DNA of 62,851 nucleotides, filler included, from Vannella sp. (Eukaryota), in assembly GCA_023345925.1 (NCBI GenBank). It is 5 parts of 5 records of this genome, joined end to end, with 100 filler letters (N's around TTAATTAATTAA, not from the genome) between each part and the next. Parts side by side here need not be neighbours in the genome. Positions count along the whole stretch, not along the records: positions 19,228 to 29,383 come from JAJQQN010000825.1; positions 29,484 to 57,464 come from JAJQQN010000083.1; 3 more parts are not named here. One strand, 5' to 3'. Below are positions 19,629-31,851 of this stretch, piece by piece. The position numbers and the translations under genes are program-made. The notes beneath the pieces were generated by a model. It was not told where the DNA came from, did not search any database, and worked only from the letters and a program-made list of their open reading frames with translations. Numbering within the stretch: position 1 is the first letter of the stretch; each line of letters begins with the position of its first letter.

Positions 19629-20291
19629 ATGAGACCTGTCTGGACGTATCAATCTCCTGCTCTTAGTGCTGATTACCGCAAAGCCTTGGAAGTTCTCCAT
19701 CAGCAGAGCTGCCACTGGGAAGGAAAACAATTGTCAGACCGGCTCACTCCCGCATGTTGGGTCCAAGGATCTGTCACGTCTATACCGAAGAAGGTGGCCA
19801 TCAAAGACATCCCCAGCGACGTGTCATGGCACTGGAGTCAATCACGGGCACGTTTTCTGCTGACTAACGAAGATGGGAGCTCCATCTCCGTAGCAAAACT
19901 TTGCAGTCGACCACGCAAACCTTCTAGATCTTCTGGACCTCCATTAGAGACACTCGCAACCTTCAAGATTTGGAGCTTTGAATTGGTTCAACCTGGTATC
20001 CCGGACATCACCGTTCTTTGGTGTGAGAACGGGTGGAAAGAAGGAAGCTCACCAACAGTTAACGGTCCCTTCACAGGAGTTTCCTATTCACCCTGCAAAG
20101 ACGTTATCTCAACGACGGAGGGAGCCTTCCTTTCCCCCGACCTACAGCTTGACGACCTTTTCTCCTCATTCGATTGGGGAGAACCTTCCACGATCATTTC
20201 TCCCCTGGACACCTTCCTTGACGAAAACTGTTTCCTTGACTCTCAAAACTACGAATGTGCGTTGGCGGCGTTGGCCTTCCCCGAATTCTGA
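19629..20291 (+). CDS. Hypothetical 220-aa protein: Trp-rich basic globular domain plus acidic/hydrophobic tail
   Basis: Intronless ORF filling the space between a long upstream region and the next gene; no family recognised. Confidence 0.6.
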   Translation: MRPVWTYQSPALSADYRKALEVLHQQSCHWEGKQLSDRLTPACWVQGSVTSIPKKVAIKDIPSDVSWHWSQSRARFLLTNEDGSSISVAKLCSRPRKPSRSSGPPLETLATFKIWSFELVQPGIPDITVLWCENGWKEGSSPTVNGPFTGVSYSPCKDVISTTEGAFLSPDLQLDDLFSSFDWGEPSTIISPLDTFLDENCFLDSQNYECALAALAFPEF

Positions 20292-20500
20292 CCATTTAGG
20301 TGCGACCTGCTTTGAACTAAATCGCTCCTCAGCTTTTTGTTCCCCTTGATCTCCTCTGGGGACCCCGTTGAAGTGGAAAGCAGTGCAACAGCACTCTTCT
20401 GTAGGCAGAAGCCCGAAGCAGAACATGATTAAGAAGTGAGTCCCCGTGCCCTCGCGAATGAGTTTTCAACACGTTCCTCTTGATGATCATCTTATTCGTA

Positions 20501-21353
20501 ATGCGGTTGGCTTGGGTGGCGCTCTTTGCCCTGGCCACCTCGATGTGCCTCGCTCAAGGCCTTCCTGTGCTTAATGTGAACCGTTGCCACACCCCTTTGG
20601 TGTGGAATACGACTGCCTCCACAAGTGAACAGCCCTTCGCCCTTTCTGACTGCTCTGGAGGACCGGTCCAAGGCACTCGAGTCAACGCTTGCTACGACAA
20701 CTTGTTCCTCCGTCTTCACTTTACCGCCACGGACGACAACCCCTTCAACCCTTATACCAACTGCAACGATCCTCTTTACCAGTACAGTACGAGGAAGTCT
20801 CCCTCCTCGCCCTTTTAACGGAGCTTTAGGTGTTGTTGAGGTCTTCATCGCCCCTGCGCTACGCAACGGAGAGCCTGTGCAGAAGTACATCGAACTAGAG
20901 CTGTCCCCTAATGGTGTCCTGTTCGCCTCCGCCATCACCAACCCCAATCTGTCGTGTTCGGTGCGATCCTCCCTTTCGTTCTCCTCCTTCTCCCTTCCCT
21001 GACGTCCAGTAGGGCTTCAGCGGAGTGAGTTACTCGTGCAGAGACTTCCCACACTCTGCACAACGCTTTGACGACGAGGGCTACTGGTGAGAAGGCCCCT
21101 TTCAAGAAAGAAGGCCACTCACATGCACGTCAGGACTGGAGATATCGCCATTCCTTGGCGCTTGCTCGCTCAGTTCCCTGGATCTGGCCCTCAGATGCCT
21201 CCTTCATCCCAGTACCGCGTCAACTTCATGCGAGTCGACACACCAGCTGGCGTCAACGGAACACAAGAGTTCTCGATGTGGTCCTGCGACAACAGCTCGC
21301 CTCCTTGCTTCCACAAGCCTGCCTTCTTCGGGTCTCTCAACCTGTCCTTCTAA
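20501..21353 (+). CDS. Secreted CBM9-like/DOMON-like carbohydrate-binding protein, 3 introns
   Basis: Signal peptide; DPLYQY-VVEVFI, YIELELSPNG, IAIPW, YRVNFMR, FHKPAFFG. Confidence 0.7.
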
Positions 21354-21415
21354 GAATGCTACTGATCCCATCCCATCCCTATCTGGTCATTATTTGGGCT
21401 CCTGTGAGCGGGGAC

Positions 21416-24400
21416 ATGCACAGCGCCCGCAAACCCAATCTTGTGGGCACCGCTCTGATGAAGAAGAGGAGGGCAAGGCGGGAGGATGAGGATAAGAAGG
21501 AGGGGAAGAACACCAAGCTTGCTCCTGCTCTTTCAGATCGGTCGAGGAACCCGCGCTCCGAGTTTCTCGTGGTTCCTTCGCAGTCGACCTCTCTGCCTTG
21601 GTGCCTTTACGCAACTCAAGAAGATGAGACGCTCAGTGAGTATCCTGGCCATGTGTGCGACTTTATCGTCCGCAACCTCCTCGCAGAGTTCAAGACGCTG
21701 ACAACACTCAAGTTTGTCGATCTCCTCTGTCTCCCTGCGGTACGTTCTCTTCCAGCTACATTCAGAGAACTACGTAGTGGTTCGCTGGCACCACCTTCCT
21801 GCTGGATGAGACCTAACGGGAAGGGCTAGGAGGACACGTTCTCCTTGTCTGAGGTGTTTGCTCCTTCCCTTAACGCGCACATGCACCAGGTCCTAGCCTC
21901 TTTAGTGCGTCTTTGTAGACATCACTCCCTTTCCTTTGCAGTGAAAGCGTTGCTCCTCTGGAGGGAGTTCCACCACAGTGCGAAGGGCAAAGAGTCTTAG
22001 TTAGTCCCCACCCCATCCTCGCCGTTCTGGCGCTCACAGACCCTTCCTACGTAGCAAAAAGAAGATGGGAGACAAGCAGAAGAGCGGTAGTGCCGGTTCT
22101 CTCGTCGCAAAGACCTCGAAAGAGCCGCAAGTCTCCTTCGACGACCGTTTCCCGGTGGGTTCTGTGGTTGGCAGGAGAGAGCTTACCTGACACTCTCATA
22201 GCTGATGGTGGAGTACATCTTCGTCAATACCACGCTTGCTCTGCTCGAGGCCCGCCTGACAAGGAACCCTCTGGCGGATGCTGAGCTTCAGCAAGTCCTC
22301 ACAGTGTGTGTCGAGCAGGTTCAGGGCTTCACTAAGGCTGTGCAACCAGTCCTGGACAACAAGGCCTTCGTGTATAACCTCTACTCCTCACTGATCGGTG
22401 TCCTTTCGCGGGATTACTTTAATATGGCGACAGAACGCGTTTGGGATACCGTTCCCGCTCTCATTGCTTCAGGAAGATCCAAATCCCAGCCCATCGCCTA
22501 TGCCCGGATTGAGGCCCTCCGATACGTTCACATGCACGTCTTGGACCAGTTGGGAGTGGATGATACGCTTGCCTTCCTGACCAAATACTGCGCAGTTCTC
22601 AAGGGCAGCAAACTGAACAAGGAAGCTCGCCTTACGCTGTCTCTCACGGTTGTGGGCATGCTAGAGAAGATTGCAGCGCAGCCGTTTAACCAGGAAGTAG
22701 ACTTCTTGGAGCTGCATCGCCTTCTGGCCGGGCTTTTTGATACTTTCTCTGCCACCAAACGAAAGCAAAGAGACGTTCACGTGCAAACGTGGTACCCTCT
22801 CTTGAGTGCGCTGCTGGCCTCTGCGGACCAAAAGTTCTTTGTTCAGCATTGGATTGACCTCTGCACCAGTATGGGCCGCCCTCTTCGAGATAAGAGCCTC
22901 CGGCCATTCTGTCTCCAATCCATCAAGCTTTTAGTGGCGACTTATTGTGACAAATTCTCTGCTGACGAAGCTGGCTTCGTAACGAGTATGGACGCTATCT
23001 GCGCACTCGTCTTCCCTTCAAAGATCACCAAAACTACCCTTACCTACCAGGGGGAGAGTGTCAGCAGTTTGGAGCTCTTTGTGGATATTGCCGTGGCAAT
23101 CTCACGAAGAGAGCTGGAGTACGCCATGAGGAAGATTGTATTTGAATTCATCAGAGCAGACAAGCTACGCGGTGATTCTCAACCTGAAAAAGTGTACATC
23201 GCTGTCCGTGCTATCTTTGGCATCCACGACGCCATCAGGGAAGATGAGCAGCGCTCTATGGGCGCCAATCTACTCCGTATTTCTATTGACGAAGGCCCTG
23301 ATAGAACAAGTGAAGGAGATGGAGGAATCGGAACAATGATGAAAGTCTATATGCCTTCTATTTGTGACTTTCTATCGCAGATTCTCCTCTCCCTCGACGG
23401 AATGTTCGGCAATTGGCTGATATTCAACCAGTCCCGCTCTCTTGATGGTAGGGAGTTCCCATGCCGAGTGCACTTATTCATAACATCCTCCCAGATCTTT
23501 TGACACGCGAAAAGCTTAATCTTCATTCACTCATTCTCCTTCGAAGTTGTATCTCCCACATTCCCCCATTCTTCCCCAGTGGATTGAAGGAAGGTGAATT
23601 AGTGACTCTCTTAACTCGCTATCTTGTTCATATTGACCAAGGTAAGTGCTTCCCCCAACCTACTCAATACTTACAAAGCCATTGGAAGATATTCGCGATA
23701 GATCTTGGAATGTTATGTCCTCTTTGATGCGAAACAGTGAGCCTCATCGTCCTTTCATCGTTTATGGCATGACCAAATACCTTTTGTCAATCCCTGACTT
23801 GAGATCCCCTTTGCTATGTAATGTCATGCAAAAGCTGCTCAAAATGATCAACTTCTGGATCTTTGCGACCACGTCCACGAGAATCAAGTCACCTTGTGCC
23901 AAGCTTGACTTGGAGCTTGCGCGTGAAATCGAAGGTATCTGCCTCCTCTACTTGTGCAACACTGCAGTTGCTGTTCGCGACTTGGCACTGGAGCTGTTAA
24001 TTGGTGTCCGAAAACTCTCCCAGCCCTTTAGCGAAATCCTTTCAGATGTGGTGACTTTGCCTCCCACATTTATTATCGATATAATGGAGGAAAACGGTCC
24101 AGAGATCGTCAAACGACTTCAGAATGACTTCCGTTTCCATGCAGAGTCGCCTTTCCCTATTGAACTCGAATCTGTGTCTATCAAGACCTTGTCTGTGAGC
24201 AAACACCAGACTTATTGGAGTTACTGCTTGGGAGAACTTACTCGATTGGTCCGCGACCTTTGCCCTGGCGTTGTCTCGGCAATTCGAAAGGTTTTTGCCA
24301 TTCGTGTGGAAGAGATTGCTCGCACCGGATTGCCAAACGAGACGGAAGGACTCTTGGTGATGTGGCGCAACTACGCAATGGTGTCTTGCATCCTAACTGT

Positions 24401-27400
24401 GGATTTGGCAGAGGCCCGCGACTTATTTAACGTTTTGAATCCTTTCCTTAAGATTGAGCCCCACCGAGAGAGCGTCATCTTTGTGCTACAACGGGCCAGC
24501 ATCAACGTCATTGAAGTGTTGGGAGATCTTCTTAAATCCCACGATGAAAGCGCTGCCAAAAAGACCAAGAAACGGGACAAAGTCCGAAACGATATGGGCC
24601 AAGTCTATGCCGCCTTAGTAGAGCGCCTCCCTCATCTGTTTTTGCGTGACAGTGACAAAGCTCGTCATCATTTTCTCCATTTCCTTCACGATTCTATCGC
24701 GTACCTGACGGACATGCCGCTTGAAGAGAGTCTTATTCCTCGCTTTAACTTCTGCACGGTTGTCTATCACGTTTGCACTCAAATGCAAGAAGAGCCACGA
24801 GAAGAACAAGCCAGTGAGCTCGATTCTGAAGTGCGGCAACGCCTCTTTAAGCTCTTCTCCCACTGGACAGAACGCAAAGGGGGATCAGAGGTACTGGGCT
24901 CGGACCAAACTGCCAAACGGAGGAAATGGACTTCGAACTCTTTTGATGTGGCCTTCTCCCGCATGCAAGAGCAAGCTGCCCATGCCATGAGTGCTATTCT
25001 TCGTGGTGCCTCGTTTACCAAAGAGAAACCTTTCTCTGCGAGTGACCCTGTCCTCCAATGGGTGCAGCTCATGCGAAAGTCAGACCGGCCTGAACTGTGC
25101 AGGATTGCTGTTGAGGCGCTCGCTTTCTACATGCAAGGCAATATGACAAGCTCAGAGCTTACTGTCACTGTGCTCCGCCTTTGCTACAGCTCTCAAAAAG
25201 AGGTGGCTGATGCTCACTTTCTGGCTATCGTTGAGCTCTACCGATTGGAAGGAAAGCTTGCTGGTTGTTCCTCTGCTGTACTCTTGCACCTTCTCCTATT
25301 CAAGCTGGGTGACTGTGAGACTCTGATTCGGCGAAGCGCCATCCAACTATTGCACATTCTCGGGGACGAACGAGATGAACAGAATTGGTCCATGACTTAT
25401 GCTCCCTGCTCCATTAACAGCTCCCTTTTCGAAGTGTACCAAATAGCCCAGTTGGATCTCTCTAGGAGACTTGCAGACGACTTCCCCCTACTCACCTTTG
25501 AGATATTTGATGAATTTGTCTTCCGCCTTAACAGTACGGACAGCTTAAACCAGAAGCTAATGCTCCAGTATCTTATTCCTTGGGTCAAGAAGATGGATTT
25601 GTCCTCTTTGGAGCCCCTTCTGCTTGACACTTTCCTTAAGAACCTTTATTGGGTGACCATTAAGTACAATGGGGATCCGCATCACTTTGTACACCTTGTG
25701 GCGATTTGGGAAACTTTAGCGGGATCCCATTGTGACAATATCTCACTGATTATTGACTTTTCTTTACATCTCGGGGTTAACATTCGCAACCGCTCTTTCA
25801 TTCAGCTTGCCAAACGAGTGGTTATCTTCCTCTCTACCACGGATTCCATCGCTGTTATTGACGTTCTTGTGAACGAACTTTCAGCTATTACCAAGATCCG
25901 CTCAGGAAGTCGCAGCGTCAAGCTTTCAGATGGCTCTACCCCACGCAGTGGCATCATCACAAGAAAAAACACTCCTTTTGATGAAATGATGCCCGAGACA
26001 GAGTCCTACACTGCCCCTGCTAGAGGCCATCTCGCCCTGTTGCTCTTGACTGAGCTTTCTTTTCTGCCTCGCCTTGCTGCGCAGTTGGCCACTCATCTGC
26101 CCATCCTCTTGCATCAAGTCTTCTTGGGACTGGACAATGGAAGCCAACTCGTTTATGGACATTCCAGTCTCCTTCTTCAGAACTTGGTTCAGATGCTCGT
26201 AGCGGAAGGAGCAGAGCAACAAGAAGACAGCGAAGTGTATTTAGATGCGACATTCCTTTTGGAGTTCTTGCGGAGTAAAGAGGGGTCGCCCTTTTGGGAG
26301 AGGGAGGAAGTGTCTCACCTCCAACTGCACATCAGTAGCGCTGACCAACTCAGTACCCTCGTTGCTCAAACGATGGGGGTTCTGGGTGATCCTTTTCCTG
26401 ACCTACGAACTGAATGGGGTGCAGAAGCATTAGCTTGGGCCATCAGCTGCCCCGACTATCATTGGCGATGTCGTTCCTTCCAGATTTATCGCGCTCTCAA
26501 TCCCCAAGCTTCTCCCGAGATCCTAGACAACCTCCTAAGCTCCCTGTGCCGCTGGCTACCTTCAAGTGATGACAACTGCGGCATAGAACTGGAAATTATT
26601 TACACTCTTCAGATAATCGCTTCCACAGCAAACACGAACCGTCTCGTCCTCTTCAACCAGATATTCTGGTCTGCTGTGGCTCTCTTACAAGTGGACTATG
26701 AGGTTATTTATGTTCAGGCCACTGCTCTGTTGGCAGTGGTGATAGAAAGAGTGAGTTTCCATGACAAGGCAGTGCAGCATGTCTTCTTAGCCAGTCAGCC
26801 TAAAGACTGGCCGGCAAGCTTCCTGGGTATTCAACCTTTGCTTCTTCGTGGACTTTTGTCTTCTGCGACGGAAACAGCAAGTATTGAGCTCCTGGTGAAG
26901 ATCTCGGGCCTTTCTTGTGACGAAATATTCCACCCAGACCCCACCCGGCTGCTCACCAACATCTTGGCTCTTCAACCATGGCTCTGTGCTCACATGATTG
27001 ACCCAGGCCAGTCTCACAAATGCCAACTAGCTGCTTCCATGCTCTCCAAAGCGTGTGACACCAAACACCCACAACTGGCCCATGTGTATTCCAACCTCCC
27101 TCGCTCAGTCAGTGAGATCAGTTCGTTCCTTAATGCCTGGGGCCAAGCATTTGCGGAAGCGTTCTTCCCTCACTATGGAGTATTCACTTTCAAGCTTCTC
27201 ACTGAACTTCTTCATTCTGGGCCCAGCAAATACCACCGCGCCATCCTCTGTATCATCCAATTGCTCACCAAATGCGTTGATATTAACTTGCAAGTGTTCA
27301 ACCCCCGCATTCCCCAGTGGTTTGGCCTCGTATCTCAATTGACCTGTTCTGAAATCTGGAAGGAAGCGCTCCTAGTGCTCGAAAGTGCCGTTCAACAGTC

Positions 27401-27944
27401 TCCCTTGAAGTCCCAGGACGTGGACATTGAGGGATTGCGACCTTTCCGGACTTGTAAGATTGTGCCAGCCTTCTCCAACGACATCTCGGAGGGCAATCTC
27501 GCCTCTGCCAAGTGTATTGAGAACATTCTGACCTCTGCTGATGTCACCAAGCCCGAGAACATCATCTCCCCCCGTGCCTTTGCCAAGTTCTTCTCCGAAG
27601 ATGACATGGACGCTGTTGTTCAAGACGATGAGACCAGTCAACCCGAGGAGGAGAGTGTCAGCGGTGAGGAGATGGAGCGCGTGGAAGACCTCGAGGAAGA
27701 GGAAGACAATCTACCCTTGAAGAGCGCCCATCTGTACCAGCGGCGACTAGAAATGGCTCACTTTGGCTTGGGCGACTCGAATCCGGGCCTCAACAGCTTC
27801 CCTTCCTTTGACGGGCTCGATGACATCCTCTCTGACCTCAACAAAGAAGTGGGAGCCGAAGGAAGTGACTTTGACTCGCTATCGAGCTTGGACCGCGAAG
27901 CGCCCCGAGAAGACCCCCCGCAGCCTCCTCAAAGTGGATTATAA
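21416..27944 (+). CDS. FRY: Furry/Tao3/Mor2 (PAG1) cell morphogenesis scaffold, ~2000 aa, several 5' introns
   Basis: HEAT-like; FIVRNLLAEF, QLMLQYLIPWV, HLPILLHQVFLGLD, WGAEALAWA, RCRSFQIYRAL, FLGIQPLLLRGL; start codon uncertain. Confidence 0.88.
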
Positions 27945-28010
27945 AACACTTTCTTGACGTTCGCAAGCAGAGGGAGGAAGTAAACTGAAAGGCGGTGAAA
28001 GTGGCCTTAC

Positions 28011-29273
28011 TTATTGAGGAATGACTCGTCTGGGCTTCTTGGGGGCTCCTCCAGCGAACTTTTGGATGGCGATTAAGCCTTTCACGGCGCTCTTGAACTT
28101 GCGGCGCGCGTTGAACTTGGCCATCTCCTTGAGGCACTCGTTGAGTGGCTCGTCGGGGACATGGTCCTGGACCATCCAAGCATGTGTCAGTGCTCCCTCA
28201 ATAGTGAGGCGCTGGTGGCGGTCCAGTCGGAAGCAGCCATCGACAAAGGCTTTCGCTTCTTCTGAGATCAAGTCCCAGTAGGGCGAGGGGAAGCTGTAGT
28301 CGCCATCCTCAATCTTGTCATAAACCTCATCCTCGTCGTCGCCAAAGAACGGAACGAACCCACAGAGACTGGCGGTCCCCTCATCAGTCTGGCGAGCTGT
28401 AGACAAGGTGGCTGCCACTTACAGGATGTAAGCGATGACTCCGACTCCCCACAAGTCCACCTCCGTCCCGTAGCCCTCCTCACCATCCAAGGCAATGAGA
28501 ATCTCAGGAGCTACGTCCAAGTGTCAGCAAGCAGGAGCCGTTGCACTCGCAGAACAACGAACCAATGTAACTTGGCGTTCCCACAGCGTCGTGGAGCAGG
28601 GAGCCATCCTCAGGCAGAATAGCGGACAATCCAAAGTCAGTGATAAGCACCTCAGCATCGTCGGTCTTGTCGGACAAGAGGAGGTTCTCCGGCTGTTTGG
28701 GTGAGACATCTGTTCGTTACCTCCTCGACGGACGTACCTTGAGATCTCTGTGTACAACATCGTGGGCGTGTAAGGCTTTAAGGCCTTGAAGGATCTGGCC
28801 AACAACCTTGCGCGCATCTTTCTCCGTGTAGAAGTTCTTCTCCACGATTCGTTCGAAAAGTTCTCCGCCTGTGATGCTGGAACCGGCGATGTTTCAACAC
28901 CAAGTGATAGAGGCAATAAAGGCGAGCACTTACAGCTGCAAGACAAGGATGATCTTGTCCTCGGTCTCGAAAATTTCGATCATCTTCACCACATGGTCGT
29001 GGCTCACTCTCTTGAGGATGTTGATCTCCGTCTCAATGATGTTCTTCTTCCGTGCATCATCCTCAGCAGCCTTGTCCATGATCTTCAAGGCGTAGTTCTT
29101 CCCGTCAGCCTTTCTGGTCGCCAACTTGACAACGGAAAACGCTCCCCTGCCGTCCGTTTAGCACAACCTTTTCGCGTGTCACCCTCGAACGCTTACTTTC
29201 CAAGAGCATCTTGCACGTCATAGAAGTCGTTGATGTCATCTCCCAAATGGTACTCGAAGTGTTTGGTGCTCAT
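28011..29273 (-). CDS. Ca2+/calmodulin-dependent protein kinase (CaMK1-like), multiple introns
   Basis: LGKGAFSVVK, YALK, HRDLKPEN, GTPSYIAPE, FPSPYWD; CaM-binding KFNARRKFK. Confidence 0.92.
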
Positions 29274-29383
29274 CAGAACTCGACCAGCAACAAATAACCT
29301 TCCGAAACCCACAAATCATTTCAGGGTTCAGGCTCCTCTTTTAAAAAAAGAGTTTGGGTTTTGCTAATCCACAATCCATTTTC

Positions 29384-29483
29384 NNNNNNNNNNNNNNNNN
29401 NNNNNNNNNNNNNNNNNNNNNNNNNNNTTAATTAATTAANNNNNNNNNNNNNNNNNNNNNNNNNNNNNNNNNNNNNNNNNNNN
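29384..29483. other. Artificial contig linker
   Basis: Same 100-nt structure. Confidence 0.97.
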
Positions 29484-29598
29484 TGGGGAAGATCATGTTC
29501 CTTGCAATGCAAGCTCTGTTGTGTGCGGCTTCGCTGAGTGGTAGAAGCCCCGTCAGAATAGCGTTGGTAACTGGAGGTTCTTCAGGGGGGTGTCCTCA

Positions 29599-29635
29599 GA
29601 GCGAGCAGATGGATCTTTGCAAGCGCGTGCATGGC
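29599..29635 (-). repeat. Perfect 37-bp inverted copy of AP3B coding sequence 30189-30225
   Basis: GAGCGAGCAGATGGATCTTTGCAAGCGCGTGCATGGC is the exact reverse complement of 30189-30225. Confidence 0.9.
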
Positions 29636-29718
29636 AAGAGCTGTCTTCCTGATCACCTGTTGGCGTGTAGAGTGCCGCATCGAAAACAGTCATTTTTTCA
29701 TTCATTTGGGGGCATTTG

Positions 29719-31772
29719 ATGGAGGTGCCGGCGGTGACAGCAGGAGGAGGGGAGCTGGCTTTGCTGCGGGAGAGGTTGGCAGAGACGGCGCCAGCAAAGA
29801 AGAAGCTTTCGGGGATGAAGATGGTGGTCTCTGTAAGCGGTTTGGGGCCTGGGATGCGGGTTCGCTTACGCTAGAGGGCTGTTAGATGATGTCGGAGGGG
29901 ATTAACATGTCTGAGTTGTATCCAGAGGTTGTCAAGTCTATCATATGTCAGGATACTCAGGTACAACAACTTGTATATCTCTACTTGATGCACTATGCCG
30001 AGTTCAAGCCTCAGGAGGCTCTTTTGTCTGTCAACACACTGCAGATGCATCTGAAGAGCTCTGATGCCGCTATCCGAGCTCAAGCACTACGCGTTCTAAC
30101 AAGCATTCGTCTTCCCCTCATCGTGCAGCTCCAGATCCTGGCAGTAGAGAACACCATCCGAGATAGCTCAAACTACGTGCGGAAGCTGGCCATGCACGCG
30201 CTTGCAAAGATCCATCTGCTCGCTCCTCATAAGCTGAAGATCCTCATCCCTTTCCTCGAGATCGGACTGGCGGACAAAGACCTCTTCGTGCGGAGTAGCG
30301 CAGTGGCGACCTTCCTGGAGATTGTCCCGGCTCGCTGGGACCTCATCCACCCCCACTTCAATCTCTACTGCTCCCGTTTGCTTGAGATGGATGACTGGGG
30401 GAAGGCCACGATGCTCCGTCTGCTAACTCCTTATGTTCGGCTGAACTTTGCCAATCCTCACGAGGAGAGCACCAACGCCTCGTCAGACTCTGCTTTTGAT
30501 ATGTTTCTACCACCCTCGGGGGCCAAGAAAGGTGTGTCCAGGCCTCAGGACACACTGGAGTTACTGTGGAAGATCATTCCGCGTCTCCTTCGCAGTATGT
30601 GCGCTGCCGTTGTTGAGGGGGCTGCTTCATTCCTCTATTACTGTGGGAACTCGCTCCAGCAACAACAAGCAGTCATTCCCATGATCCGCCTCGTCCGCGA
30701 TGACCGAACGTCACTAATGGCACTGAAGACGATCTCTGTGCTATCCAAGCGGTATCCCAGCATCTGGGGCCGCCAAGTGAGCGCATTCTATCTACTTTCT
30801 ACAGACTTAGTGGAGTCAAGTCTCCTCAAGCTGGAGATTCTCTCGACAATCCTCACAGAGAGCACCAAAGACTCTGTTCTGAGAGAATTTGAGTTCGTTC
30901 TGACCAACAGTGGCAAGTTCAGTCCTCAGATTGTCGCAGGTTGCATCCAATCTGCTGGGAGATGCATGCAAGCATCGGTTGAAGTCAGTAACCGGATGAT
31001 GCCGGTTGTCCTTCGCCTGTTATTCCAGAAGAACGAAGACATTGTGTCTGAATGTGTGATTCAGATCAAGAACTTGGTTCAGCGGGATGCATCTCGCGCA
31101 CCCTTTGTCATGAAACATGTTTTGAAGATGGATTGGATGCATTTGCCTTCGGATGCCCGCTCCTGCATTGTTTGGATGATGGGGGAATACTCTGACTCAC
31201 TGAATGGTCAAGGGCCCGATCTTCTGCGACAATTGCTGAGGGGATTCTCACAAGAACCACACGAGATCCGCAAGCAAATCCTTAATTTCTCTCTGAAACT
31301 TCAATTGAGAGTTGGCTCTCAAGTCCCTGAAGTCCCCTTGATGTTCCAATACGCGTGTAAGTTAGGCAACTTTGACACTTCCTTTGATCTACGAGATCGT
31401 GCTCGCCTGCTTCATGCCTTGTTCCTCTCAGGATCCTGTCCGACCCTGTCTGCTGAGAGTGCACTTCTCTTCTTGAGAGAAAAGCCGCTTCCTGAGGTTG
31501 TCAATGTGCAGGGTGAGTTTGGCCATCGTAAAGGGGTTCGGAGTGGCTAACTAACTCCCTGAGCAGGTGATGAATTGAGGTTAGGATCGCTTTCAGCAAG
31601 CGCGGGGCACGCCCTCGTTGGACATGCTCCCATCCCTGAGTGGGCCAGCGCAGAGGATTTGAGTGGAAGTGAGGCACCACGAAAGGTGGACAAAGACTTT
31701 TGGGGGTTCTCTGTGATGCCTGCGGTGGAAGACGAAGAGTTCTACTCAGAGGAGGAAGAACAGAGCGAATAA
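29719..31772 (+). CDS. AP3B: AP-3 complex beta subunit (trunk + acidic hinge only), 2 introns
   Basis: LYPEVVK, LVYLYLMHYAE..ALLSVN, IRAQALRVLTSIR, DLIHPHF, DLRDRAR, LGSLS...IPEW. Confidence 0.9.
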
Positions 31773-31851
31773 ACAGTGTACTGTTCGATTTCAGTCGTAT
31801 ATTAGCTCCCCAAATGGCTCGAGACCAAGAGGGTGCGAACAGGTCACAGGA

